This document shows, piece by piece, positions 10,352 through 20,379 of a stretch of 64,000 nucleotides of DNA. The notes under the pieces were generated by a model that worked only from the letters and a program-made list of their open reading frames with translations, was not told the origin of the DNA and did no database searches. The stretch is from Rikenellaceae bacterium. GTDB taxonomy: Bacteria; Bacteroidota; Bacteroidia; Bacteroidales; Rikenellaceae. Every line of letters starts with the position of its first letter. Position 1 is the first letter of the stretch. Where the stretch lies: assembly GCA_045637425.1 (NCBI GenBank), contig JAZTZL010000010.1, positions 438 to 64,437 on the forward strand. Direction: 5' to 3'. Position numbers and translations under genes: made by a program.

Positions 10352-11236
10352 CTTCTTGTTGCGGTAGTCGCGGGGTGTGATTCCAACGACACGCTTGAAA
10401 TATTGTCCGAAGAAGGTTGCCGTAGCGAAATTCAACTCTATGGCAATCTCGCTTATTGACATCGTAGTGTTTTTAAGCAAGGTCTTGGCATTGCTGGCTA
10501 CAGACTGCTCAATCCACGAGTGGACTCCGCGACCCGACACGTTCTTGATAATCGTAGTCAGATACTTAGGACAGATGCACAATTGGTCTGCATAGAAACT
10601 GACCGAGCGCTCACGTCTCGAGTGTTGAGACAACAATATCATAAACTTCTTGAATATATCGCTATATCTGCTATTGTCGCGTTTATCGCTAATCTGCAAG
10701 CGGTTCTTTGTATAGATGGCAAATACTTCAAAAATGAATGCTACGAATAATATGCCTGTAATTTCGTTTTTGAAGGCGTGTGACTGACGCGCGTGCTTAG
10801 CGCAAATCAAATCAAACATTTCGACCAGAGTCTGCTGCTGTTGGCGGTCGATTGTCACCATCGGATTATCCTTTATATGCAGCAAATCAAGCAACATCGA
10901 CTGCGAAGTCGGAGTACTAAGTTCATTTAGATAGTTTCTATTTACGGCAATTCCTATGCCGCTGAAATCGGCACTAATATCAATATGTTTGACGATAGTC
11001 GATGGGAAAATAGTCATCAGTTTACCCGCCTCGAGTCGATACAACTCATTGTTAAGTTCTACCTCTGCCCAGCCCTTCTGACAAATGACATAACCTAAAA
11101 GTTCAGATACGAAAACTCCCTTCTCTTCACACGACCTCTTTGCCGAGTAGTCAATTTCAAAACAGTGTAAAAACGAATCGTAACCGTCAAGCGTAAGTTT
11201 ATTAAAGTTAAACATATTCGTATCCATCAAGTACAA
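10343..11236 (-). CDS. AraC-family transcriptional regulator
   Basis: C-terminal double HTH (SVSFYADQLCICPKYLTTIIK, ISEIAIELNFATATFFGQYFKRVVGITPRDYR). The N-terminal ligand-binding half is unassigned. The 3' end overlaps the convergent response-regulator gene by 9 nt. Confidence 0.85.
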   Translation of the reverse strand: MYLMDTNMFNFNKLTLDGYDSFLHCFEIDYSAKRSCEEKGVFVSELLGYVICQKGWAEVELNNELYRLEAGKLMTIFPSTIVKHIDISADFSGIGIAVNRNYLNELSTPTSQSMLLDLLHIKDNPMVTIDRQQQQTLVEMFDLICAKHARQSHAFKNEITGILFVAFIFEVFAIYTKNRLQISDKRDNSRYSDIFKKFMILLSQHSRRERSVSFYADQLCICPKYLTTIIKNVSGRGVHSWIEQSVASNAKTLLKNTTMSISEIAIELNFATATFFGQYFKRVVGITPRDYRNKKLK

Positions 11237-11443
11237 TCTAAATTATTTTCGATTGCAAAGAAAATACATTTATTAATCAATGTCAATATGGTGGCTAAAT
11301 TTCGTGCCGAACTCAACATAATTTTTAACGTTTTGAACATTTTATTAGCCCTACAGCGTCATCAAATAAACATTAGCAGTAAAATTTGACACTACAAAAC
11401 AAACGATTTCACACATCGAAAGTATCAGATTTTACGAATTCCT

Positions 11444-11484
11444 AGAAAACAAAACACCCTCGTCACCAATCGTGACAAGGGTGT
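11444..11484 (-). terminator. Rho-independent terminator after efp
   Basis: On the minus strand, stem acacccttgtcac/gtgacgagggtgt is followed by ttttgtttt. It lies about 20 nt downstream of the efp stop. Confidence 0.6.
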
Positions 11485-11506
11485 ATTTGTTACCGAGAAT
11501 TTTATA

Positions 11507-12073
11507 CTATTTAATTCTTTCGTAGTATTCTCTTGTACGAGCATCAACGCGGATACGCTCACCTGTTTGAATGAACAGCGGCACCTTAATCGTAGCACCT
11601 GTTTCAATTGTAGCAGGTTTCAAAGAGTTTGTCGATGCAGTATCACCCTTAACGCCCGGTTCGGTGTAAGTGATAGTAGTTTCGATGATTGGAGGAAGTT
11701 CTGCTGAAAGAACCATATCTTTTTCAGTATGGAACATAACTTCAACAATTTGACCTTCAGCCATCAAGTCTGCATTTTCAATCAAATTCTTATCGATAGA
11801 GATTTGTTCGAAAGTTTCTTGGTGCATAAATTGACAACCCATATCATCTTCATAGAGGTATTGATATGGACGACGTTCCACTCTCACCGGTTCGATACGC
11901 TCACCGGCAGAAAAAGTGTTGTCAATAGTACGACCATTTTCGAGATTTTTAAGTTTTGTTCTCACGAACGCAGGGCCTTTGCCTGGTTTAACGTGCTGGA
12001 ATTCAACAACACAGAAAGTTTTTCCGTTGAATTCGATGCACATACCGTTTTTCAAATCTGCAGTAGTTGCCAT
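11507..12073 (-). CDS. efp: Translation elongation factor P
   Basis: 188 aa. MATTADLKNGMCIEFNGK...VEFQHVKPGKGPAFVRTKLKNL is the canonical EF-P N-terminus, including the KPGKG loop. Confidence 0.97.
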   Translation of the reverse strand: MATTADLKNGMCIEFNGKTFCVVEFQHVKPGKGPAFVRTKLKNLENGRTIDNTFSAGERIEPVRVERRPYQYLYEDDMGCQFMHQETFEQISIDKNLIENADLMAEGQIVEVMFHTEKDMVLSAELPPIIETTITYTEPGVKGDTASTNSLKPATIETGATIKVPLFIQTGERIRVDARTREYYERIK

Positions 12074-12161
12074 AATCTTCTAAATTTTGACGCAAATTTC
12101 GTATTTTTTTTCTATTATTCAAAACATTTTTTCAGCATATACGCCATAATGCTCGAAATTT

Positions 12162-13394
12162 TTATTCCACGTCTCGAGTCAGCGCTGCAAAAAGCAATTC
12201 TGCCTGAAGTCGATATCCCTCTACCGTAAGGTGAATTCGGTCTTTCTGCATCAATCCTCTTGCACTCCACGCCTTTGCAGCTCCAGCTCCTCCGCAGATG
12301 TCATACCAATTCCAGACGGCATACCCTAGTTCATCAGCGTGCGACATCAGTATCTGCGACGCCAATAGGGCATTCTTATTTACCGTGTATCTACCGCGAC
12401 TGCGGCGACAATTCTCCATCGGCGTAGTAAACATTATGGCTACATCTGGCATAGCACTGCGGATTGCTGCGACCATTCGTGATATCTGACCATAGAAATA
12501 TTCTGCTCCGAAATTTTTTCCGAACGACTCATTAGTCCCCAGAGAGACGATTACAAGATTTGGTGCGAGATGTTTCGCCGCTGCCACAATCTCGGGGTTG
12601 TTATTGTAGTGTTCCATTGCTGCGCCTATTACACCAACTGCGTGGTAGAGCACCCCGCTATTGCCTCTCTCCAGCGACATTCCATAGTATATCGGTCTAC
12701 GGAATCCCTCAACCGTGCGCCCCTTTAGCATCACACTATTGACCGTATTTCGTAATGCCACTGTAACAACATCTGCCGACGAATCGGGACAGCAAATCTC
12801 AGCAGCCAACGAATCGGCAACCTCTAGTCGTGGAGCCTCCGAATGACAGATAACCTTTACTCGGTCAAATGAATCCGCACTGCTTACACTGAATGAAATA
12901 ACCGAAGAACTGCTCTTGAATTCGTATCCACCTACACCGAACTCTATTCCAGAGGATTTCGATTGTGTAAGTTTCGCACTCGCCCACATCTGCGGAGATG
13001 TTATCGAGTAATCCCCCTTCGACGAGATTGAACTATTGCCGAATGGCAACACAAATCCGCGTCCTGCCGAGCCAAATTTCTTCTGCAGCAACTCACGAAA
13101 ACGGTCGCTCCAAAAACCCGACGCAACGTGCGAATCACCTATATGCAACAATGAAAAACGATCACCACTAATTGACTCTTGCAATTCCTTTCTGACACGA
13201 ATCAATATCCCATTGGGATCATAAATCTGATTTACAGAGTCCAAACGCAGCAACTCTGCGGACTTCAGACACCTCCGAATCAATACGCTATCACGTTCAT
13301 CTATAGAAAAAGGCGACTCCGCACGGGCTGCAATCCAACTGACTACGGCCAATGAGGTGAATACAAACAATGCTATTAATCCGACTCTGTTCAT
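12162..13394 (-). CDS. Membrane-anchored SGNH/GDSL-family hydrolase
   Basis: N-terminal TM anchor. SGNH blocks LHIGDSHV (block I), VSLGTNE (block III) and DRIHLT (block V, DxxH). Confidence 0.7.
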   Translation of the reverse strand: MNRVGLIALFVFTSLAVVSWIAARAESPFSIDERDSVLIRRCLKSAELLRLDSVNQIYDPNGILIRVRKELQESISGDRFSLLHIGDSHVASGFWSDRFRELLQKKFGSAGRGFVLPFGNSSISSKGDYSITSPQMWASAKLTQSKSSGIEFGVGGYEFKSSSSVISFSVSSADSFDRVKVICHSEAPRLEVADSLAAEICCPDSSADVVTVALRNTVNSVMLKGRTVEGFRRPIYYGMSLERGNSGVLYHAVGVIGAAMEHYNNNPEIVAAAKHLAPNLVIVSLGTNESFGKNFGAEYFYGQISRMVAAIRSAMPDVAIMFTTPMENCRRSRGRYTVNKNALLASQILMSHADELGYAVWNWYDICGGAGAAKAWSARGLMQKDRIHLTVEGYRLQAELLFAALTRDVE

Positions 13395-14971
13395 CGCACC
13401 ACTACAACATTTTGCGATGAATCAACCTCAACCGAATCCTTTTTCACATCTGTTTGATATCTATTCTGTTTCTCCCACAACAGCGCATTGACAAATGCCT
13501 TGGCAATGTATTTTCCTCCGCTGTAATTTATGTGTGCGTAGTCCTTTGCTCCCCAGCCTCGTGCTACGAATTCGGACATCGAATTCTCGCCCCCCATTGC
13601 TCGGAATGTATCCCAAAACATCGAACCCGTCTTTTCCGCAACCTGACGCTGTGATGTAATCATACTCTGAATTGAACTGATTGACGAGAATTTACCCTCC
13701 TTGCGAACATTGCGGTCCGGGACTCCCATAATCAATATCTGAGTCTGAGGGAAACTGCGTTTAATATGCTCGACAACCAAGGTCATCTTGCGACAATAGT
13801 TATCATAGCTTTTCTGCTCTTCGGACAAAACATTCAGACCATACTGCAATATGATAAGGTCGATGTTTACAATCTCACTCATTTTTCTATTAATCTCGCT
13901 ATTCGACGCCAGAATCTGCACGCCTGAACTACCCCTGAGCGAGTAATTGTCGATCGAAATACCATTCGATTCCTCAAGATATACTCCATAGCAGATAAAG
14001 CCATCTACATTCTTGAACGAATACTTGATGGACTCAATATCGTTACGCACCTCTATCTGTTGAATATCGCTACCTGGTTCGGGTTTGAAACTGCGCACAA
14101 TCGTATCATTTACAGTAATTGTAATCTCTGTAGAATCACGATTAGTAAAGAGCAGTCGCGCAGTAGAAAATCTCTTTAAGTGACGTTTGTGTTTAACTCC
14201 AGAGAATTTTACAGAAGCACCCTCCTGCGGGATAAACAATTTACCAGTCATCGGGAAACTGCGCTTAAGCAACGAATCGGCACTATTGGCATTTATGATG
14301 CTCGCAGTCCTTACTCCATCGATATCGTGCTTGATACTCATTCTCATCGCAGCCACTTGCGAGTGCAGCGGCATATAGCCTACCCCACCGCCACCGAAGA
14401 TATCCTGCAATCTTTCTCTGATGTCAATCGTAAAAATATCGCCCTCGATGAACGAGTCGCCAAGAACTGCAATTCGGACAGGGCGCTTCATTGATTCACC
14501 TTTTTCGATATAGTCGAACAACGACTGCAGAGCTCGCCCCTCTGCCGAGTAGTCCTCAATCGGCACTAATACACTATCCGGCAACTCTATTCTGATTGGA
14601 TCTGCAGCTTCCTGCGGCTCACCGAGCGTATCCCTCTTGAGAGAATCGCCCGAGCTCCACACAATCGGCATCGTCTGCTTATTTTCCACCTTGTTTTTAG
14701 TGTCTACAATTGTGCTGTCTACGACAGACTGCGGCTCGCCCAAAATCTTATCTTGTAACAGATATGATGTATCCACCTTTTCAACGCTCTGCTTTGACGA
14801 GTCTGCCGACGGGGTGTAAATATCCGACAGTATATTCGCCCGACGGAAATCAAATCCACCCACACTAAACTCAGGAATAAGTATTAACAGCAGCAACACA
14901 GCAGTAACCGTAGCTGTAAACAACACTATAATCGGAATATAATTTTTATTTTGGGGATTCTCCATAAACAT
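13391..14971 (-). CDS. Membrane-anchored SGNH/GDSL-family hydrolase (second copy, larger)
   Basis: N-terminal TM anchor. Blocks AVLGDSFIEGD, LQYGLNV and KDYAHINYSG (DxxH). ATGA stop/start overlap with the downstream SGNH gene. Confidence 0.65.
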   Translation of the reverse strand: MFMENPQNKNYIPIIVLFTATVTAVLLLLILIPEFSVGGFDFRRANILSDIYTPSADSSKQSVEKVDTSYLLQDKILGEPQSVVDSTIVDTKNKVENKQTMPIVWSSGDSLKRDTLGEPQEAADPIRIELPDSVLVPIEDYSAEGRALQSLFDYIEKGESMKRPVRIAVLGDSFIEGDIFTIDIRERLQDIFGGGGVGYMPLHSQVAAMRMSIKHDIDGVRTASIINANSADSLLKRSFPMTGKLFIPQEGASVKFSGVKHKRHLKRFSTARLLFTNRDSTEITITVNDTIVRSFKPEPGSDIQQIEVRNDIESIKYSFKNVDGFICYGVYLEESNGISIDNYSLRGSSGVQILASNSEINRKMSEIVNIDLIILQYGLNVLSEEQKSYDNYCRKMTLVVEHIKRSFPQTQILIMGVPDRNVRKEGKFSSISSIQSMITSQRQVAEKTGSMFWDTFRAMGGENSMSEFVARGWGAKDYAHINYSGGKYIAKAFVNALLWEKQNRYQTDVKKDSVEVDSSQNVVVVR

Positions 14972-14976
14972 TAAAC

Positions 14977-15576
14977 TCAGAACAACTCAAGTTGATGCTC
15001 CTTCAGATGGAACGTTTTTCTGTGCAGCGGTGTCAGTCCGAACTGCTCCACAGCCTTGCGATGCTTCGCAGTCGGGTAACCCTTATTCTCTGCCCAGCCA
15101 TACTCGGGATATTGCACGGCAAGTTCCTCGATATATTGGTCTCGGTGAGTCTTCGCCAATATTGATGCAGCAGCAATCGGTGCCAATCGACCATCGCCCT
15201 TCACGAAACACTCAAATGGAATATCTACAATCGACGGATAAAAACGATTGCCGTCAATCAACAGAAATTCGGGTGTAACTGAGAGGGCTGCCACTGCTCG
15301 ATTCATTGCCAAAAACGATGCCCTAAGGATATTCATCGCGTCAATCTCCTCGGCCGTAGCCGTAGCAACGCTCCACGCAATAGCCTCACGTTCAACAACC
15401 TCTCGCAGCTGCTCACGCTGACGCGCCGTCAGTTTCTTCGAATCGTTCAGCATCGGGTGGTGGAAATCCTTTGGCAACACAACCGCAGCAGCAAAGACGG
15501 CTCCAGCCAGACAACCTCGCCCAGCTTCATCACAACCGGCTTCGATTAACTCCTTTTTGTAATAGGGTTCCAACAT
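14977..15576 (-). CDS. rnhB: Ribonuclease HII
   Basis: 199 aa. AGCDEAGRGCLAGAVFAAAV (DEAGRG catalytic motif), LNDSKKL and ASILAK. Confidence 0.95.
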   Translation of the reverse strand: MLEPYYKKELIEAGCDEAGRGCLAGAVFAAAVVLPKDFHHPMLNDSKKLTARQREQLREVVEREAIAWSVATATAEEIDAMNILRASFLAMNRAVAALSVTPEFLLIDGNRFYPSIVDIPFECFVKGDGRLAPIAAASILAKTHRDQYIEELAVQYPEYGWAENKGYPTAKHRKAVEQFGLTPLHRKTFHLKEHQLELF

Positions 15577-15584
15577 CTATATAA

Positions 15585-16439
15585 TCAAAATTTTTCAATT
15601 TCGCGAGCAACCTGCTCCATCAACCAAAACGGCGTAGAGGTTGCACCACAGACTCCAACCGAATTTACTCCGTTGAAAAGTTCGCTGTTCAACTGCGCAG
15701 GCTCCTCAATCAGAACGGTTCGTGGATTAGCCCGCAAACAACAATTATATAAAACCTTACCGTTCGAGCTTTTGGCTCCTGCAACAAAGACTATGACATC
15801 GTGGCGTTTTGCAAACTCAGCCAGATGAGGCTCACGATTGGCTACGTTTCGACAAATCGTATCGTGAATTTCAGGCAATACTTCGCACTTTTGTTCGAGT
15901 ATCTCACGCACCTGACCAAAAAGTTCCAATGACTGGGTAGTCTGCGACAAAAATATAACAGGCTTGCTGTAATCAACATTTTCTAAATCCTCGATTTTCT
16001 CCACTACGACAACCTTGCCTGCAACTTGTCCCACGAGCCCTACGACTTCGGCGTGTCCCTTCTTTCCGAGAATCACAACCTGACCACCTGCCTCACGCAT
16101 CTTAACATCAGCCTCGCGCACCATCTTCTGCAATCGCGCTACAACAGGACACGTCGCATCAGTCAATGTTACACCACACTCTTCGGCGCGTCTGTATGTC
16201 GAGGGCGGCTCGCCGTGAGCACGAATCAGCAAATGTTCGCCACGCAGACTATCATTGAGTTGCTCGACATCTATCGTTTCGAGGCCCAACTTTCTCAATC
16301 GCTCGACTTCAACCCTATTGTGTACTATATCGCCCAACGACCATACTCTATTAGAATCTTTCAATGCCTGCTCGGCCATTTCGATAGCCCGTACAACTCC
16401 GAAACAGAATCCAGACCTTGAATCAATCTCTACTCTCAT
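15585..16439 (-). CDS. ispH: 4-hydroxy-3-methylbut-2-enyl diphosphate reductase
   Basis: 284 aa. GFCFGVVRAI, IVHN, ATCPVV and GAKSSNG are typical IspH/LytB motifs. 4-nt overlap with cmk. Confidence 0.95.
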   Translation of the reverse strand: MRVEIDSRSGFCFGVVRAIEMAEQALKDSNRVWSLGDIVHNRVEVERLRKLGLETIDVEQLNDSLRGEHLLIRAHGEPPSTYRRAEECGVTLTDATCPVVARLQKMVREADVKMREAGGQVVILGKKGHAEVVGLVGQVAGKVVVVEKIEDLENVDYSKPVIFLSQTTQSLELFGQVREILEQKCEVLPEIHDTICRNVANREPHLAEFAKRHDVIVFVAGAKSSNGKVLYNCCLRANPRTVLIEEPAQLNSELFNGVNSVGVCGATSTPFWLMEQVAREIEKF

Positions 16440-17122
16440 AACCCCAGACTAGCTATTTTTTGCTCGAACCAACGCAGTTCATCTTCGATTGTCATATCCG
16501 AATTATCCAAAACAACTGCATCTGCAGCCTGTCTCAGAGGACTCTCCTTGCGAGTCTGATCCTGCAGGTCGCGTTCCGCCAAATTGCGTTCAATCTCCTC
16601 AATCGAGACCTTTTCGCCTTTGGCCTCCAACTCTGCATAACGACGCTGGGCTCGAATCTGCGGAGCCGCAGTCATAAATATCTTCAACTCTGCATCAGGA
16701 AATACCGTAGTACCAATATCCCTACCGTCCATTACAATACCCTTTCTGACACCCATCTCGCGCTGAATCGTAGTCAGATAGCGGCGCACCTCTCCAATCG
16801 AACTCACTCGACTGACCATACTGCTGACCTGCATCGTACGAATTTCAGACTCAACATTGCGACCATTGAGATAGAGATCGCTCGCCTGACGCTCGGGGTT
16901 GAATACAAATTCAAGTTTTATATCTTTCAGCCGTTCTACCAGCCTTTGAACATCAATTTCTCCATCAACAATGAGTCTCTGTTCAATTCCATAGAGAGTT
17001 ACGCCACGATACATCGCACCGGTATCTATAAAGACATAACCCATTCGAGCTGCAACCCGTTTGGCAAATGTACTCTTGCCACACGAAGAGAACCCATCTA
17101 TTGCTATTACTATTTTTTTCAT
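16436..17122 (-). CDS. cmk: Cytidylate kinase
   Basis: 228 aa. P-loop IAIDGFSSCGKST, DTGAMYR and DGRDIGTTVFP. Confidence 0.95.
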   Translation of the reverse strand: MKKIVIAIDGFSSCGKSTFAKRVAARMGYVFIDTGAMYRGVTLYGIEQRLIVDGEIDVQRLVERLKDIKLEFVFNPERQASDLYLNGRNVESEIRTMQVSSMVSRVSSIGEVRRYLTTIQREMGVRKGIVMDGRDIGTTVFPDAELKIFMTAAPQIRAQRRYAELEAKGEKVSIEEIERNLAERDLQDQTRKESPLRQAADAVVLDNSDMTIEDELRWFEQKIASLGL

Positions 17123-17147
17123 CTTGTCGAATTGAATCTACGAAATA

Positions 17148-17825
17148 TTACGGCAGCGGCACTCCATCTATCGGCGTGTCAAAAAACATACTCACAATGG
17201 CAAGCACACCCAATGCTGCGATTAATGCGCCTGAAATGCGATTGATCCACAACAGGTGACGAGGACGGAATCGGTTTCTCAACAGGCTGACCAGCGAAGT
17301 GAGCGTAAGCCACCAGGTATTACCACCTAAATAGACACCTGCCAGCAACAACACATTGCTCAGCAGGTTATTGGCCGTAGGAGTTTGCCCCACACCTGTA
17401 GCTGCGAACAGCGTAACAAATACCAGAATGAATGCCGGATTGGTCAGTGTCAGAAAGAATATAGTTATGAAGTCGCTCCAGAGACTGCCCTTACCTGCTC
17501 GGTTTTTGCGAATCTGCACTGCGGGATTCTTCAGGAATATGTACACACCCATAACTACCACACAAATACCACCTATCATCTTTAGCAGCAACATATGAGT
17601 CTCTACAAATGCTGTAACAAGTGTCAGCGAAAATACTGCTACAATGGCAAAAATGAGATCCGCCGATGCCGCACCCAAGCCGGATACGACTCCCGAACGG
17701 TGCCCCTTACTCAATGTTCGCTGAATACACATTACGCCAATCGGCCCCAACGGAATCGAGGCCATAAATCCAACAGAAAAACCCTTTATCAGGTATATAA
17801 GTGTATCAAAAATATCGGTTCCCAT
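17148..17825 (-). CDS. LysE/RhtB-family amino-acid exporter
   Basis: 225 aa with about 6 TM segments. The N-terminal SIPLGPIGVMCIQRTL pattern is typical of LysE-type translocators. Confidence 0.8.
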   Translation of the reverse strand: MGTDIFDTLIYLIKGFSVGFMASIPLGPIGVMCIQRTLSKGHRSGVVSGLGAASADLIFAIVAVFSLTLVTAFVETHMLLLKMIGGICVVVMGVYIFLKNPAVQIRKNRAGKGSLWSDFITIFFLTLTNPAFILVFVTLFAATGVGQTPTANNLLSNVLLLAGVYLGGNTWWLTLTSLVSLLRNRFRPRHLLWINRISGALIAALGVLAIVSMFFDTPIDGVPLP

Positions 17826-17933
17826 ATTGAAACATATAATTCACAACCTGCAAAGGTACGAATTTTTACAACATTTTATCAAGTTTCAAACAATTATAAC
17901 TACCTTTACGCTCGATTTTCAAGACATTTCTTA

Positions 17934-19514
17934 ATGAAGACAAATATAATTTACATATTGGCAACTGCATTGGCTCTCTCGTTGCCGTGGTTGGGTTGTG
18001 GCGGATACACCCTGTTCGTTGCATTCGTACCGCTGTTATTGTTGCAGAAAAAATGCCAGCAGTTGCGCGCAGAGGGAACAAAATGCAGATTCATTCCGTG
18101 GTGTGCTGCGGCATTTTTCTTGTGGCAATTGGCTACGACATTTTGGATTATGCACGCTACGTTCGGTGGAATGCTTGCTGCCGTAGCAATCAACACACTG
18201 CTCACCACAGCTATTTTTTCACTATATCACAAAATATGGCTTAAGGCTCCGAAATCACTGAGCTACACAATGTTTACTGCGCTGTGGCTGATGTATGAAT
18301 ACATCTACCTGCACGGCGAAATTTCGTGGCCGTGGACTACGCTTGGATTCGGATTCGGCAACTCGACTGCCATCGTGCAGTGGTTCGAATACAGCGGCAC
18401 ATTGGGCGGCTCGCTGTGGGTACTCGTAGCCAATTTGCTCATATTCGAACTCATCACAAACCGCACAATAGGCAAACAAATAGTAACCGCAGTATGGATA
18501 GCTGCACCTATTGCTCTGTCGCTGATTATGCTCGGCTCATACAAAGATGACGGCAACCGCACAATTGATGTACACGTCATTCAGCCAAACATCGACCCAT
18601 ACAACGAAAAATTCGGAGGACTGACTGCGTACCAACAACTCGACATTATACTGACTGAGGCTGCAAAGGCTCCAGCCGAAACCGATTACTTCCTTGCTCC
18701 CGAGACCGCAATCGAGCGCATCTGGGAAAATGAAATCAACAGCGCAACCCCAATCAACACCATTCGCACATTCCTCAAGAACAGATACCCTGAGGCTGAA
18801 TTTATTACAGGTGCTGCTACGCACTATAAGTATGCGCAGAATGAAACACCCTCAATCACTGCACGATACTCTCGAAGATTGGAACATTGGTACGATAATT
18901 ACAACTCGGCGCTGAAGATTGACACTACGCAAGAGGTTTCGGTCTATCACAAATCGCGACTCGTTCCAGGTGTGGAGATGATGCCCTACCCAAAATTTAT
19001 GAAATTCCTCGAAAGAAATTTCCTCGATTTGGGCGGTATGTACGGGCAGCTCGGCACCCAACCCGACAGAGAAGTTTTCATTTCAAACGATTCGACCCGT
19101 ACGGCTACGGCAATATGCTATGAGTCAATATACGGCAACTACCTCGGAGAATTCATCAGAAACGGAGCTCAAGCATTGTTCATCGTAACAAACGACGGCT
19201 GGTGGAAGAATACACCCGGATACAGACAACACTTCTCATTCGCAAGACTGCGCGCAATTGAGTTCCGCAGATGGGTAGCCCGCTCGGCAAATACAGGTAT
19301 TTCGGGAGTAATCTCACCAACAGGAAAGGTCATAAAATCAGCAGGCTGGGATAGTTGCACATCGCTCAGCCACACACTGACTCTAAACAACAAGATTACG
19401 GTTTATGCACTATATGGCGACTCTGTTGGACGTTGTGCTATGTTCATAGCCATTCTCGGACTGCTCTACTTCGCAGCATATACAACAAAAAAGAAAAGCC
19501 ATCTGGTAAACTAA
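17934..19514 (+). CDS. lnt: Apolipoprotein N-acyltransferase
   Basis: Multi-TM N-terminal half plus a CN-hydrolase domain with catalytic-Cys context ATAICYESIYG. I place the start at ATG 17934 (MKTNIIYILATA...). The ORF-track start at 17595 overlaps the LysE gene and encodes Cys/Arg/Lys-rich nonsense. Confidence 0.85.
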   Translation: MKTNIIYILATALALSLPWLGCGGYTLFVAFVPLLLLQKKCQQLRAEGTKCRFIPWCAAAFFLWQLATTFWIMHATFGGMLAAVAINTLLTTAIFSLYHKIWLKAPKSLSYTMFTALWLMYEYIYLHGEISWPWTTLGFGFGNSTAIVQWFEYSGTLGGSLWVLVANLLIFELITNRTIGKQIVTAVWIAAPIALSLIMLGSYKDDGNRTIDVHVIQPNIDPYNEKFGGLTAYQQLDIILTEAAKAPAETDYFLAPETAIERIWENEINSATPINTIRTFLKNRYPEAEFITGAATHYKYAQNETPSITARYSRRLEHWYDNYNSALKIDTTQEVSVYHKSRLVPGVEMMPYPKFMKFLERNFLDLGGMYGQLGTQPDREVFISNDSTRTATAICYESIYGNYLGEFIRNGAQALFIVTNDGWWKNTPGYRQHFSFARLRAIEFRRWVARSANTGISGVISPTGKVIKSAGWDSCTSLSHTLTLNNKITVYALYGDSVGRCAMFIAILGLLYFAAYTTKKKSHLVN

Positions 19515-19527
19515 ACGCAGCGAAACT

Positions 19528-20271
19528 ATGGATTCGACTCTGATAAAACTTTTCGGCAGTGATGCAATCAGGCTCTACAACTCAACTGCAGTGAACACAG
19601 GCGTAACAGATAACCAACCTGAACAAATAGCATCTGGCATTATTGTCATACTATTGTTTGTTGCGTACATTTCAATGATTTACAGACACAGACGCACAAT
19701 CTCAGACCTGTTCAAGATATTCTCGCTGAAGGACTATATGTATAAGGTTGTAGCACAAGCGGGCACTTCGTTCAAACATCTGTGCATCTGGAGCCACACT
19801 ACAGCTATATTGGCTATCATAATTTCGGTAGTCAGAGTCGATGAACAATTCGGTTTCATCAAGATAAACGCACCCATTTCACAGCAATGGTTAGTGCCGA
19901 TTGTAGCTGCTGTAGCATTTCTACTCTTCATCTCGATTTGTCGAAACGTACTGCTGAAAATTATCGGATTCGTAACAGGAAAAGCAGACTTCATCAGAAA
20001 GCTCAATATTCAAAATGACGTTCTGTTCACTATCGCCGTAGTAACTACAACACCCTCGATTATCCTCGGAATTATGTCTTCAGGCATATTTTTTCAAACA
20101 TTCGCAGTCACTGCAATTATATCATTGATAATCAATATCTTAATCTTCACAAGACTATCTCTGAAAATTTTTCTCGACAAAAAAATTTCTATATTTCAAT
20201 GGTTTTTGTACCTTTGCGGCGTTGAAATTATGCCTTTAAGTTTTGTAATTGCATTGATTTTACGAGCATAA
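19528..20271 (+). CDS. Polytopic membrane protein (DUF4271-like)
   Basis: 247 aa with about 6 TM segments. Sits immediately upstream of the HemD-like gene, an arrangement I recall as conserved in Bacteroidetes for DUF4271. Confidence 0.55.
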   Translation: MDSTLIKLFGSDAIRLYNSTAVNTGVTDNQPEQIASGIIVILLFVAYISMIYRHRRTISDLFKIFSLKDYMYKVVAQAGTSFKHLCIWSHTTAILAIIISVVRVDEQFGFIKINAPISQQWLVPIVAAVAFLLFISICRNVLLKIIGFVTGKADFIRKLNIQNDVLFTIAVVTTTPSIILGIMSSGIFFQTFAVTAIISLIINILIFTRLSLKIFLDKKISIFQWFLYLCGVEIMPLSFVIALILRA

Positions 20272-20379
20272 CGTTCTATAATTCAAATTGTTACAAGGCT
20301 GAATCAGCCGCCAAAAACGGGCTGAAAATGTGCATTTTTTCCAAAATTTGCTTATAATTTTTGAAAAAATTTTTTACGC

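Noticed and set aside
16460-17245. 261-aa plus-strand ORF
   Set aside because: Antisense to cmk, which has an unambiguous P-loop and CMP-kinase motifs. The translation is low-complexity with no recognisable features.
17595-17933. N-terminal 113-aa extension of the lnt ORF
   Set aside because: It overlaps the divergent LysE gene by ~230 nt and encodes Cys/Arg/Lys/Asn-rich sequence. The internal ATG at 17934 gives a normal hydrophobic Lnt N-terminus.
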